Of a stretch of DNA of 64,000 nucleotides, positions 1 to 11,280 are shown piece by piece. Position 1 is the first letter of the stretch. Each line of letters begins with the position of its first letter. The notes under the pieces are model-generated. The model worked only from the letters and a program-made list of their open reading frames with translations, was not told where the DNA came from and searched no databases. The position numbers and the translations under genes are program-made. The DNA is taken from the NCBI GenBank assembly GCA_965287045.1, contig OZ336872.1, forward strand, positions 121,706,001 to 121,770,000. Direction: 5' to 3'. The DNA comes from Carcharhinus amblyrhynchos (taxonomy: Eukaryota).

Positions 1-33
1 GGATGCCTCAGTCTCTCAATCTGCATAACAGGT

Positions 34-645
34 TTGAGGTTCTTGCTTCCAGTGTGGATGAGGGAGCTTGGTGAGCAAACTGCACACGGTACAGTGATGC
101 AGACACAGGTCATAGGCAAAGAGAAGGTGAAAAGGAACGTAGTAGTAATTGGGGATAGTGTGGTTAAGGGTATTGACACTGTCCTTTGTCACAATGACAA
201 AGTGCACAGTCGGGTGTGTTGTCTGCCTGGTGCTCGGGTCCGGGATGTCGCATCTGGGCTGCAGAGGAACCTGGAGTGGGAGGGCGAGAATCTGGTCGTT
301 GTAGTACATGTGGGTGCCAACGATGTAGGCAAAATGCGAACTGAGGATCTCGGGAGGGAGTATGAGAAGCTGGGAATGGAATTAAGAAGTAGAACCGACA
401 AGGTGGTTATCTCCGGACTACTGCCTGAACCGAGTGCAGATGGGCGTAGGGTTGATAAGATTAAGGAAGTGAATGGGTGGCTCAGGGATTGGTGTGGGAG
501 GAATGGGTTTGAATTTATGGGGCATTGGCATCAGTATTGGGGTAGGTGGGACCTGTTCAGGTGGGATGGGGTTGGTCTGAACCGTGCTGGGACCAGAGTC
601 CTGGCTAATCGTGTAAATAGGACTGTAGTTAGGGCTTTAAACTAA
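34..645 (+). CDS. LINE ORF1, SGNH/GDSL esterase-like domain (partial)
   Basis: VVIGDS, CLPGARV, VHVGAND and DGVGLN blocks typical of CR1 ORF1 esterase. The catalytic His of DxxH appears replaced. Confidence 0.85.
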   Translation: MRFLLPVWMRELGEQTAHGTVMQTQVIGKEKVKRNVVVIGDSVVKGIDTVLCHNDKVHSRVCCLPGARVRDVASGLQRNLEWEGENLVVVVHVGANDVGKMRTEDLGREYEKLGMELRSRTDKVVISGLLPEPSADGRRVDKIKEVNGWLRDWCGRNGFEFMGHWHQYWGRWDLFRWDGVGLNRAGTRVLANRVNRTVVRALN

Positions 646-795
646 TTGGGGGGGGGGGGGTGGTGGTGCGAGGGTAGGTGACATTACGGGGTCTAGAGTA
701 AAGGAGAGGGTGCAGGTAAGGGAGGAGGCCAAGGATGTCCCAATAATAAAAAGGAGTAGGGGGCGTGAGTATGGTTGGTGGCGTTCTGGCAAATA

Positions 796-3618
796 GGGTA
801 CAGGTGAAGGCTGGGATGAAGACACTTTATCTGAATGCACGAAGCATTCGGAATAAAGTGAATGAGCTGGTGGCACAGATCAGCACAAATGGATATGATC
901 TGGTGGCCATTACAGAGACGTGGCTGCAAGGTGACAGGGACTGGGAGCTGAATGTCCAGGGGTATCAAGTGTTTAGGAAGGATAGGCAGAAGGGAAAGGG
1001 GGGGGTGTAGCTCTGCTGATTAAGGATGGCATTAGGGTGGTAGTAAGGGATGATATAGGAACCAAAGAGCAGAAAGTGGAATCGTTGTGGGTGGAGATTA
1101 GGAACAGCAAAGGGAGGAAGACGCTGGTGGGTGTCGTTTATAGGCCCCCAAATAATGATCTGGAGGTGGGGTGGGCTGTTAACGCGCAAATAAATGCGGC
1201 GTGCAGGAATGGGACGGCGATAATTATGGGGGATTTCAATCTACATATTGATTGGTCGACCCATGTTGGACGCGGTGGGCTTGAGGAGTTCTTGGAATGC
1301 TGCCGGGATAGTTTCCTCGAACAGTGTGTGTTGGAGCCGACGAGGGAGCGAGCTATCTTGGATCTGGTGTTATGTAATGAGGCGGGTAGAATTAGGGACC
1401 TTGTGGTGAAGGATCCTCTTGGGAAGAGTGATCATTGTATGGTGGAGTTTCTGATGCAGATGGAGGAGGAGAAAGTGGGTTCCCGGACATGTGTCCTTTG
1501 TTTGAACAGAGGGGAGTATGGTAGGATGAGAGAGGAATTGGCGAATATTGACTGGGGGAGTGCGTTGGAACGTAGGTCTGCTGAGGAACAGTGGAGGATC
1601 TTTAAGGACATCTTTCTTGGTGCTCAGCAGAAATTTATTCCGATGGTTAAAAAGGATCGTAGGAGGAGAGATAATCATCCGTGGATAACGAAGGAGGTAA
1701 AGGAAAGTGTTAAATTAAAAGCGGATGCGTTTAGAGTAGCTAAGAGTAGTGGGCGAGAAGAAGATTGGGAGAGGTTTAAATGTCAACAAAGAATGACAAA
1801 GAAGTTGATAAAGAAGGGTAGGATAAACTATTAAGCTGGGCTAGTGCTTAATATAAAAAAGGATAGCAAGAGTTTTTATAAATATATAAAAAGGAAGAGG
1901 CTGGCTAGGGTGAATGTTGGACCCTTAGAGGATGAGAGGGGGGACTTAGTGGTAGGGGATGGGGAAATGGCTGAGGCCTTGAATAACTTTTTTGTTTCGG
2001 TCTTCACGGAGGAGGACGTGAATAATTTGCCGGGTGTTAGCGATGGAAAGATGGTAGGACTGGAGGGCCTGAATGACGTTATTGTTACTAGAGAGGCGGT
2101 GCTCGACAGACTGGAGGGACTGATTGTGGACAAGTCCCCAGGACCGGATGGAATGCATCCGAGGGTTCTGAAAGAAATGGCGGAGGTGATAGTGGATGCC
2201 TTGGTGATTATTTTGCAAACGTCGCTGGATTCCGGGGAAGTGCCGGATGATTGGAAAACGGCTAATGTTACTTCGTTGTCTAAGAAGGGTGGCAGGCAAA
2301 AGGCGGGGAATTATAGGCCGGTTAGTTTAACGTCTGTTGTAGGAAAAATGTTAGAATCCGTGATCAAGGAGGAAATAGCGAGGCATCTTGAGGAGAATTG
2401 TTTGGTAGAGCAGACGCAGCCCGGTTTCGTTAAGGGGAAGTCGTGTCTGACGAATTTATTGGAGTTCTATGAGGATGTGTCTAGGGCGGTGGATAGAGAG
2501 CCAGTAGATGTGGTATTTCTTGATTTTCAGAAGGCGTTTGACAAGGTGCCTCACAAGAGGTTATTACAGAAGGTCAGGGGGCATGGAGTTGGGGGTAGGA
2601 TGTTAGCGTGGATAGAGGATTGGCTGTCAAATAGGAGGCAGAGAGTGGGGGTTAATGGGTGCTATTCAGATTGGCGGTTGGTGACTAGTGGAGTGCCCCA
2701 GGGGTCGGTGCTGGGGCCTCAGCTATTTACCATTTATATAGATGATCAGGAGGAGGGAACCAAGTGTATGGTGTTAAAATTTGCTGATGACACCAAGATT
2801 GGTGCAACGGCAAATTGTGCGGAGGGTGTGGAGAGTCTGCAGAAGGATCTAGATAGGCTGGGCGAATGGGCCAGGAACTGGCAAATGGAATTTAATGTTG
2901 GCAAATGTGAGGTTGTCCACTTTGGTAGGAATAATGGTAGGAAGGACTATTACTTACGTGGCGAAAAACTGCAGCATGCGACGGTGTAGAGGGACCTCGG
3001 GGTCCTTGTGCATGAGTCGCAAAAACCCAGCCTGCAGGTGCAGCAGGTGGTCAGGAAGGCGAATGGGATGCAGGCCTTCATAGCGAGGGGGATTGAATAT
3101 AAAAGTAGGGAGGTCTTGCTGCAGCTGTATAGGGCATTGGTGAGGCTGCAGCTGGAGTACTGTGTGCAGTTTTGGTCGTCGCACTTATGCAAGGATATTT
3201 TGGCCTTGGAGGGAGTGCAGAGGAGGTTTACTAGGCTGATTCCGGAGTTGAGGGGGTTGAACTACGAGGAGAGGCTGAATAAACTAGGCTTGTACACGTT
3301 AGAATTTAGAAGAATGAGGGGAGACCTCATTGAGACATATAGGATGTTGAATGGGATGGATAGGATAGAGGTGGAGAGGCTCTTCCCGCTCAGAAAGGAC
3401 AGTAGGACTAGAGGGCACAGCCTCAAGATAAGGGGGGGCGGTTTGGAACGGAGTTGAGGAGGAACTTCTTCACTCAAAGGGTGGTGAATCTCTGGAATTC
3501 TCTGTCCATTGAAGTGGTGGAGGCTGCCTCGTTCAATATTTTTCAGACGCAGGTTGATAGGTTTTTGATAGGCAAGGGGATTAAGGGTTATGGGGAGAGG
3601 GCGGGAATGTGGAACTGA
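796..3618 (+). pseudogene. CR1 ORF2 (APE endonuclease + reverse transcriptase), disrupted
   Basis: YLNARS, ITETW, YRPP, GDFN, SDH; KSPGPDG, NYRPVSL, DFQKAFD, GVPQGSVLGP, FADD. Broken near 1008, by stops at 1832-1834 and 2987-2989, and by a frameshift near 3445. Confidence 0.95.
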
Positions 3619-3706
3619 GCCACAACAGATCAGCCATGATCTTATTGAATGGCGGGGCAGGCTCGAGGGGCTAGCTGGCCTACTCCTGCTCCTATGTTCT
3701 TATGTT

Positions 3707-3907
3707 AAGTGGTAGAGGCTACCTCGCTAAATATATTTAAGACGCAGGTTGATAGGTTTTTGATAGGCAAGGGGATTAAGGGTTATGGGGAGAGGGCGGG
3801 AATGTGGAACTGAGCCACAACAGATCAGCCATGATCTTATTGAATGGCGGGGCAGGCTCGAAGGGCTAGATGGCCTACTCCTGCTCCTATTTCTTATGTT
3901 CTTATGT
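3707..3907 (+). mobile_element. Second, tandem copy of the CR1 3' end
   Basis: Repeats about 3512-3706 with several substitutions and has its own tail. Confidence 0.9.
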
Positions 3908-4045
3908 AAATTGTCCCTAAATTAGTCTCCCCTCAATCTGGTTTCCAATGTGGACTGCCATAAGCGTACACAAGGGTCACGGGTGGAAGAGGGAACTCAC
4001 AATGTTAAAATGGTGGCACGGGCTCGTTGGGCCTGTTTCCCCCGA
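3908..4045 (+). mobile_element. 3' half of a SINE-like element with a (TTCTTTG)n tail
   Basis: Similar to 59269-59445 (AAATTG..CCCTA, GGGCTCGTTGGGCC, TTGTTCTTTGTTC). Confidence 0.7.
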
Positions 4046-4279
4046 GCTGTGTTGTTCTTTGTTCATCAGCAGAGTGTTCAAGGGTAATTCTTCTTGCTGA
4101 ATCTCAGCAAAGAGCAATGTGAGATGTTATTCAGATATAAATTGTATGTTTAATTACGTTCATATGGTGGGATTAACTGGGAATTCAGTTATGCTCATAT
4201 AAAATGTGACATCTAGAACATTATCACTGAAATCTGCCACCTACTATAACCACAGCTGGAACCTCAGACCAGGACAAGA

Positions 4280-4990
4280 CTGGCATTGCTCGTGGCTGTT
4301 AGTGTGACCACGGCAGTGAACCTTCATATATCTGGTTTCTTCCAGGCTGGAGCATCTTGCAGTTTGCCGTCTACCGTTGCACAAGGAAGATTACTGAGGC
4401 CCTCTATTCACTGAGAACTTAATGCATTTCATTCACTCTTGAGGGACGGAAGCAGGCAGAGTGAGCATGTCGCTTTGCTGGTATTGCAGATTTCCCCATG
4501 GTATGGGGCACCATTAACCGCATACACATCACTTTGAGGACATCACATGTCAACTCTGCCATATACTGGAACCAAAGGGAATTCCTTGAATTAATTGACT
4601 GTCCAGCTGGTGTGCAACCACATACAGCAAGACATGCAGGTCAATGTCCAGTATCCTGCCAACAGTCATGATGTCTTCACTCTGAAGGAGACAGCTGTGC
4701 CAAGAGCATTTGAGTCACCAAAAGGCGGCTGTGTGGTAAGGTCCATTTGTTGATGACAGCTGATCCAGTGCATCACCCATACAAAGAAAGGCATGCCTGC
4801 CATACAAACTGTGACAGAACAAGAGCATTGGCATGCTGAAACAATGTCTGAAGCACTTTGGAGTATTGGGCATAAGATATGTCAAGATTTGTTGTGGCCT
4901 GTTCCATGCTGCATGACCGCCACCCTGATCCTTGCCATCTGCTAGATGGTGAGCAGCTGAAGCAGGATCTTCAGGAAGAGGGAAAGGGAG
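4280..4990 (+). pseudogene. Decayed PIF/Harbinger (HARBI1-like) DDE transposase
   Basis: Manual translation across frames gives VAVSVTTAVNLHISGFFQ, FAGIADFPMVWGTINRIHI, VQLVCNH, VNVQYPANSHDVF, IGMLKQC and SRFVVACSMLH, in the order of Harbinger transposase motifs. Confidence 0.8.
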
Positions 4991-5834
4991 GAGACAAAAA
5001 AAGCCAGCCCCTTGCCGCTGGGCCGTCCATGAAGAACCCATCAGAGTGTAATACCAGTAACTACAACCTCAACTCCACGTGAACTAATAGTCCAATATTT
5101 TCCCTCTGATAGAGGATCACAGCATCTATTTGGCTAGATAAAAATAAAATCCAGCACAAGATAAAATTCCAAACCAAATTTATGAATGAAATAATTCCAC
5201 ATAGCAGATAAAAGTCAACAAATCATTCTGCGCATTTCTTTAATGCCATTCTTCCACATGCTTTTGCCTCTCTTGGTGCTCCTACCCCAGGCAGTGAAAG
5301 ACACATGACTTGGAGAGCGCAGCTGCCTTGGGAGTGACTCCAAGCAGCTCTGGGCATAGAGTCCTGCCTCAGGACTGCACCAATGTCAGCGTCTGAGCTG
5401 GTTGCTGGGAGTGTGAAATCATGTGATGGTGCTGCATTAATTAATAACGCTTCACCCCTTAGCCAGATTTTCCTTTTGGATAGCCAAGAGGTACAAAGAC
5501 ACAAGGGTAAAATTGTATTGCAGGAGGGGGGAGTTGGAATGGGGTGGTACATGCTTAGATCATCTGCATCTTGTAAATCAGAAGAGTGTGGGATGATTGG
5601 GGAGATGGGGTATGACAACGAGGCTCAGATATGACACTATCACCTCTGATGATTTCAGCACTGAGCAGACCACAGTCTCAGCAATATGTGACACAATAAT
5701 GGCAGTACTATCTCCGTGGAAGGTCACGACAAGTAAACGTGCCTTCCCCCACCCCACCTTTCTGGTTAAAATTCTGTTCCCACAATTTGTGCGTCACCTT
5801 GTCCTGTTTGGGTGATGTGACTGAAAGGGAGTCA

Positions 5835-6425
5835 GATGTCTTTGTTCAAGAGTCACTAAAAACTATAATGCAGATGCAGCAAGCAATTAGGAAGGAAAAT
5901 GGTATTTTGGCCTTTACTGCAAGAGGATTTGAGTGCAGGAATAAAGATATCTTGCTGTAATTGTATAGAGCTTTGGTGAGAGTGCACCTGGAGTATTATG
6001 CACAGTTTTGATTTCCTTACCCAAGGAATGAATAACTTGCCAGAGACGGATTGCAAAGGAGGTTCACTAGATGAATTGCTGTAATGGTGGAATTGTCTAT
6101 TAAGGACCGATTCAGGAAATAGACTGTAGAGTTGCGAAAAATGAGGTGCAATCTCATTGAAACTTGCAAAATTTGTACAGCGTGAGATACAAGAGACGTG
6201 GATCTATTGTGTGTGGATATGGATAGGATGTTTTCCCTGACTGGCGAGTCCGGATGCAGGGGACATAGTCTCAGAATAAGGGGCAGGCCACTTAAGACTG
6301 AGGTGAAGATGAATTTCTCTACTCGGAGGGCAGCGATTCTCAACAATTCTCTACGCCAGAGAAGCTCAAGCATTGACTATGTTTAAAGACAGAAATCAAA
6401 TGATTTCTCGTGACATCAAGGAATA
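5835..6425 (+). mobile_element. Old CR1 3' fragment
   Basis: QQAIRKENGILAF, LYRALVRVHLEYYAQF and RGHSLRIRG motifs. Confidence 0.85.
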
Positions 6426-6794
6426 CAAATAGTTGTATGGTAGCCCAGAGTGTACTTGCCAATCGATTAGCTCTCTCTTCTCAGCAAGTTGTTTTTGTTT
6501 CCCCTTCTTTTGACCTTCTTTTCCTCCTGTTTCCTATGTTCCTCTGATGTTGAATAGCAGTTATTAGTGTGCACAAGCTGTGAGATGCAAGAGTGAGGCC
6601 TACAAGGCATACAGTGGGGCACATAAAGGTCAGGTACGTATCCTGATCGATAGAGATAGTTGGCAAGCGAGTGATAGTAGTGTTTGCTTGAGGCTGGTGG
6701 TGCACTTTGTGTATATGGCACTTGGAGATGGATTCACTGACTTTGACCACTTGTTTGAGATAATTGAACTTTTTGTGGCACTAGATTCAGTTTA

Positions 6795-7035
6795 AAGTTT
6801 TAAAATTTATTTATTAGTGTCACAAGTAGGCCTACGTTAACATGCAGTGAAGTTACTGTGAAAATCCCCAGTCACCGCACACCGGCACCTATTCAGATAC
6901 ACCAAGGGAGAATTTAGCATCACCAATGCACCTCACCAGCACGTCTTTCGGACTGTGGGAGGAAACAGGAGCACCAGCTCCACATAGACAGTGACCCAAG
7001 TCGGGAATTGAATCCAGGTCCCTGGCACCGTGAGC
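6795..7035 (-). mobile_element. HE1-like V-SINE with GTGACACTAATAAATAAA tail
   Basis: tRNA-like B-box head and SINE body shared with other copies in the window. Confidence 0.85.
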
Positions 7036-7359
7036 CTTAGGTGAGTGGGGATTGACCTCCATGGCTACCCGATCCTGTTGGCTTCATAGCATAGGTTGAA
7101 AGGCCTCCTGTAAATACAGGACATCTCTCCTCTCCTGCATCTCCTTCACCAAGGTTTTTAATAGAACATCCAAAAGCCTTGTGACCTGCTTTCTCCCATT
7201 TTGGGCCAATCCTATGTCAGAATGAGCTCTAAAATACCTTCTCCGACACCTATTCCAGTCATAGTGTATCTCCTCTTGAAAGACTGCAGGCTCGTTTTAA
7301 ATAGTGTGGGCATATAACCAATGCTAGCCTTTTAACGACTTTGGGTCCCCTGCTGAGGT

Positions 7360-7980
7360 GAAAAGGCACTCACTGGGGTTCATGCTGGCTGTACATTGCA
7401 TCCCTGGTAACAAAGTAGCATCACGTTGAACAGACACAAGTTAATGTCACATTGTGATCCCCGTCTCCTTTTGGTGACAATATTTATACGGCTGGTCTAG
7501 TTCAGTTTCTGGTCAATGATGACCACCAAGATGTTGATAGTGGGTTTTCAGCAAAGGTAATGCCATTGAATGTCAAGGAGCAATGGTTTGATCCTCTCTT
7601 CTTGGAGGTGGCCACCACCTAGCATTTGTGTGGCACAAATATTATTTGCCACTTGTCAGTTCAAGCCTGTGTATTGTCCAAGTCTTGCTGCATTTGGACA
7701 TGAACTGCTTCAGTAACCAAGGAGTTGTGAATGGCACTTGATATTGTGCACTTCAGACCTTATGATGAAAGGAAGGTGATTGATGAAGCAGCTGCAGATA
7801 GTTGAGCCTAGGATACTACCCTGAGGAACTCCTGCAGTGATGTGTTGAAGTTGAAAAACTTTCAACCACTACAACCATTTTCCTTTGGTGCTAAATTTGA
7901 CTCCAACCAGTGATTCCCTTTGACTCCAGTTTTGCTCAGGCTCCTTGATGCCACAATGGGTCAAATGCTGCCTTGATGTC
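7360..7980 (-). mobile_element. Decayed LINE RT fragment (CR1/L2 group, a family other than HER1)
   Basis: Minus strand reads ITAGVPQGSILG and MQQDLDNTQA..DKWQIIFVPHKC. Confidence 0.75.
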
Positions 7981-8164
7981 CAGGTGATGATTAGAGACCC
8001 TTTCTAGATCATGAAGCTCCAGGTGGCGATTTTCGCCCAAGTTGCTGGTGGAAACCAGGTGAACGGGTAGTTAAAATTGCTTGTGAGACTCACCTGCTGA
8101 TGTATCACACCAACTCCAGATTTTAACCTGCTCTCCTGAACAAGTGAGAACTAGTAATTAATCG

Positions 8165-8700
8165 CTCGACAGTCACCAGGCAGGAGAGCTCCCTTCCTGT
8201 CGGGGAACACTTCAGCAAGCAAGGACATTCAGCCTCTGATCTTCAGGTAAGCATTCTCCAAGGTGGCCTTCAAGACACACGACAACGCAGAATCGCCAAG
8301 CGAAAATTGATAGCCAAGTTCTGCACACGAGGACGGCCTCAACCGGGATCATGTCACGCTATCTGTAACCACCACAACTTGCCTGGGCTTGTAAAATCTC
8401 ACTAACTGTCCTGGCTTGAGACAATTCACATCTCTTTAACCTGTGCTTAACCCTCTCTCCACTCACATTGTCTGACCTGTAAAGATTTGATTACCTATTA
8501 AGACTCACATTCCAACCATTATCTTATAATTGAGTTTGTGTCTATATATGCCCTGCTTGTGAACCAAATCCTGCACTCACCTGATGAAGGAGCAGTGTTC
8601 TGAAAGCTCATATTACCAAATAAACCTGTTGGATTTTGACCTGGCGCTGAGAGACTCCTTACTGTTCCTACCCCAGTCCAACGCCAACAACTCCACATCA
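8165..8700 (+). mobile_element. Penelope-like element 3' fragment (family A): GIY-YIG C-terminus plus terminal repeat
   Basis: LPVGEHFSKQGHSASDLQVSILQGG..RRIA..LIAKF..GLNRD, then a terminus ending CTCCACATCA shared with 9158, 19123 and 48438. Confidence 0.85.
8576..8615 (+). ncRNA. Degenerate minimal hammerhead ribozyme in the PLE terminal repeat
   Basis: TCAC-CTGATGA-A-GGAGC-AGT-GTTCT-GAAA-GC-TC; helix I 3' strand is mutated. Confidence 0.6.
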
Positions 8701-8757
8701 TAGACTATGACAGGACTGCGACCATGACACTTGAAAGATGAACTGATCAGAGACAAA

Positions 8758-8879
8758 GGGCGGGATTTTATGTCCTTGCACAAGCGAGATCGGAAAATCT
8801 CATCCGAGGACAACGGACATTCCTATTGTCCGCCCCTCGCCCGCTCTGATTCTGTGGGCGGGGTGGTAGAATTCCAGCG
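8758..8879. mobile_element. ~125-bp MITE (Harbinger-type TIRs)
   Basis: GGCGGGATTTTA...GTAGAATTCCAGC; homologous to copies at 28170, 52572, 55652 and 58424. Confidence 0.7.
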
Positions 8880-9247
8880 AATGTAGTTTTATGACTGTTG
8901 GATATCTTGTCTGACCCCTTGCACTCGTGATGATCTAACTTTAGCAAAGGCAATCTAGCTGAGCAGATACGCTGAGGTCAGCAAACAGGACTAATCTGTG
9001 GTTCAAAGTGACAGGAGGAGCCCCATCTTAAAAAGTAGCTGACTCATTCACATGTCAAATATAAAAAAACTGTAACAAAAATGCAGGGGATACAGGAAGA
9101 GCATCCATCAATAACCCAAGCTGATTATAACTGGTGTGGCAGGGAAATAGTAGTCATGATGTGGGTATGTCGGCGTTGGACTGGCGTAAACACAGTAAAA
9201 AGTCTGACAACACCAGGTTTTAGTCCAACCGATTTATTTGATAATAT

Positions 9248-9287
9248 ACTCACAAGCTTTCAGGGTTAGCCCCTTCGTCAGGTGAAT
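9248..9287 (-). ncRNA. Minimal type I hammerhead ribozyme (mirror copy)
   Basis: Reverse complement of the 9366-9405 motif with one C>T change giving a G-U pair in helix II. Confidence 0.75.
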
Positions 9288-9365
9288 GGAGAGTTCTGGC
9301 CTCAGACAGAGCATATCTCTAAACTGTCTGTGCTTCATATGCTCTGTCTGAGGCCAGAACTCTCC

Positions 9366-9405
9366 ATTCACCTGACGAAGGGGCTAACCCCGAAAGCTTG
9401 TGAGT
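9366..9405 (+). ncRNA. Minimal type I hammerhead ribozyme with intact core
   Basis: TTCAC-CTGACGA-A-GGGG-CTAA-CCCC-GAAA-GC-TT-GTGAG: helix I, helix II and palindromic AGCT helix III. Confidence 0.8.
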
Positions 9406-9889
9406 ATATTATCAAATAAATAGGTTGGACTAAAACCTGGTGTTGTCAGACTTTTTACTGTGGCAGGGAAACACAGGATTGAAAACTGTCTCCAAAATAT
9501 TATTCTTGTGTGGAAAGATGGGACAAGCAAGCTCTATCAGTTTCCCTTAAGGCTGGTGGCCTCTGGACCTCATCTCCTCGCACAGTCCCTCTCCTGATTG
9601 CACCCTTTGCTCCCACCCAGGACTTCTCAACCTGAGACTCCTTCAGCTTACCTGGGCCACCAGTCCTGGCCTTGTCTTGGGTGTTCTCCAGCATTTCTTC
9701 CTCTGTTCACTCAGTACTGGGCTGGAGGGCTGCTGACCAATCTGAATGGTGGACTTACTGCTGACTGAGGAGCCACTCAATAACATGATAGGGCACTGTT
9801 GGCAGGGACGTGTTCCCTGCCAACTCTTTGAATGGTGGCAGGTGAGACCCCACCATCTGAAAAATTCAGGCAAAGTGATTCAGAGCCAG

Positions 9890-10250
9890 AGTTGTTCAGT
9901 TATGAGCAGCAAGGCCTGTGCTGACTTGCATCCAATTTACAGAGTAAAGGAACTGGAAAGCAGCAAAGATCAACCCAAAAACTTCAAAGCCAAATTCCCA
10001 CAACTCATGTCAAACTAGAAAAGCTGGTCACAGCGTACCATATCATTCTATGATCAGAAATGAAGCCAGTTTGTCTGTTTACACCCAGAAAAGTTTCTCA
10101 ACCACTCCTGCAAAAACTAAAGAAGGAAAATCAACTTGTGTTGAAGCAGGAGGTTATTTTGCCAAAAGATGAACCTTCAAGCTGGGTAGGAATGTGTATC
10201 CAACCTAACCAGACGAATGCTGAATTTATCCACCAATCCAGGTGACAATC
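9890..10250 (+). mobile_element. Gypsy/Ty3 LTR-retrotransposon pol relic
   Basis: SKACADLHPIYRV..FPQL..KPVCLFTPRKVSQPLLQKLKKE..VILPKDEPSSW resembles the Gypsy protease-RT linker and RT start. Confidence 0.65.
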
Positions 10251-10529
10251 CAATTGGTGAACCTATGTACCAGTTCCCCTCCTCATCGCTACCAGCAGGA
10301 CTTCAAACCACAGATCCTCCGCAAAAGGAGAAGAGGAGCTGTTCTGGTTGAATTGTGAAATCGCCAGTGATTGTCCAAATAAGAATGGAGCAAAGGAGAG
10401 TGCCCAAGAAACAGGACTAATGACAGCAACGAACCAAGGTTTAAAACTATGGTTTGTTTGATCTTCATAATGTGGAAATGGGAATTAAAGATTTTGGGTG
10501 GATGGTAGAATATGTAATGTTTCGTGTTC

Positions 10530-10670
10530 TAGAGTCATAGAGCAATACAGAATGGAAACAGGCCCTTTGGCCCAATCGGTCCTTGTTGACCATGACGCCC
10601 TATCTAGTCCCATTTGCCTGTGTGTGGCCCAATCCCTCTAATCCTTTCCCATCCATGTCCTTATCCAAAT
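10530..10670 (-). mobile_element. CR1 3' tail fragment
   Basis: CATAGAG..AACAGGCCCTTTGGCCCA tail motif followed by TTATCCAAATG. Confidence 0.6.
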
Positions 10671-11047
10671 GCTTTTGTTGGGTAGGAAATGAATGTCCAC
10701 ATTATAATCACTTCTCAAGTAATCAGACAAAACTTGCAGCCTATTCACAAATAAGGCATTGCACATCTGACAAGTATGCACTGTAGTAAATCTAACAAAC
10801 TTTGGATCAAAATTAAACTCCATCCCCACTCAATTTTACCCCTGGCTGCTTTGCAATTGCCATGACAATTTTCAAGTAGGGCTTATCGACATATTCACAA
10901 TTGAAAATAGGGGAAAATTGACAGTTTAAACACATCAAAGGCATTTGGCCTCATGTGGTGAGGAAGACTATTAACTTTATCCTTACCTCCTATTTTGTTC
11001 ACATTTAGCCATATGTGAAATCTTTGCATTTACATCAGCCCCTAACT

Positions 11048-11280
11048 GTTTTTTTTTATATTCATTCAAGGGATATGAGCTTGATGGCTAGGCCAGCATT
11101 TACTGCCCATCCCTAATTGTCCTCAAGACGATGGTGGTGAGCTGCCTTCTTAAAACACAGCAGTCCATGTGGTGCAAATACACGCACAGTGCTGTTACAG
11201 AATGAGCTCCAGGATTTTGACCCAGCCACAGTCAAGTTCCAAGTCAGGACGGTGAGAGACTTGGGGAGGGGAACCCTCAA
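11048..11280 (-). mobile_element. LINE 3' end sharing its tail with the SINE at 26960
   Basis: ATTCATTC..GGGAT..GGCCAGCATTTA(C/T)TGCCCATCCCTAA tail followed by ORF2-like C-terminus. Confidence 0.65.

Larger units (their letters stand above)
1..3706 (+). mobile_element. Near full-length CR1-clade LINE (HER1-like), 5' end outside the window
   Basis: Esterase-type ORF1, then APE endonuclease and RT ORF2, a short 3' UTR and a (GTTCTTAT)n-type tail. Confidence 0.95.
9158..9462. mobile_element. Miniature PLE made only of two inverted terminal repeats
   Basis: Arms 9191-9316 and 9337-9462 are near-perfect reverse complements with a 20-nt spacer; homologous to the PLE end at 8540-8700. Confidence 0.9.

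Noticed and set aside
5200-5810. Possible second Harbinger ORF opposite the transposase
   Set aside because: The position fits, but no Myb/SANT motif could be read.
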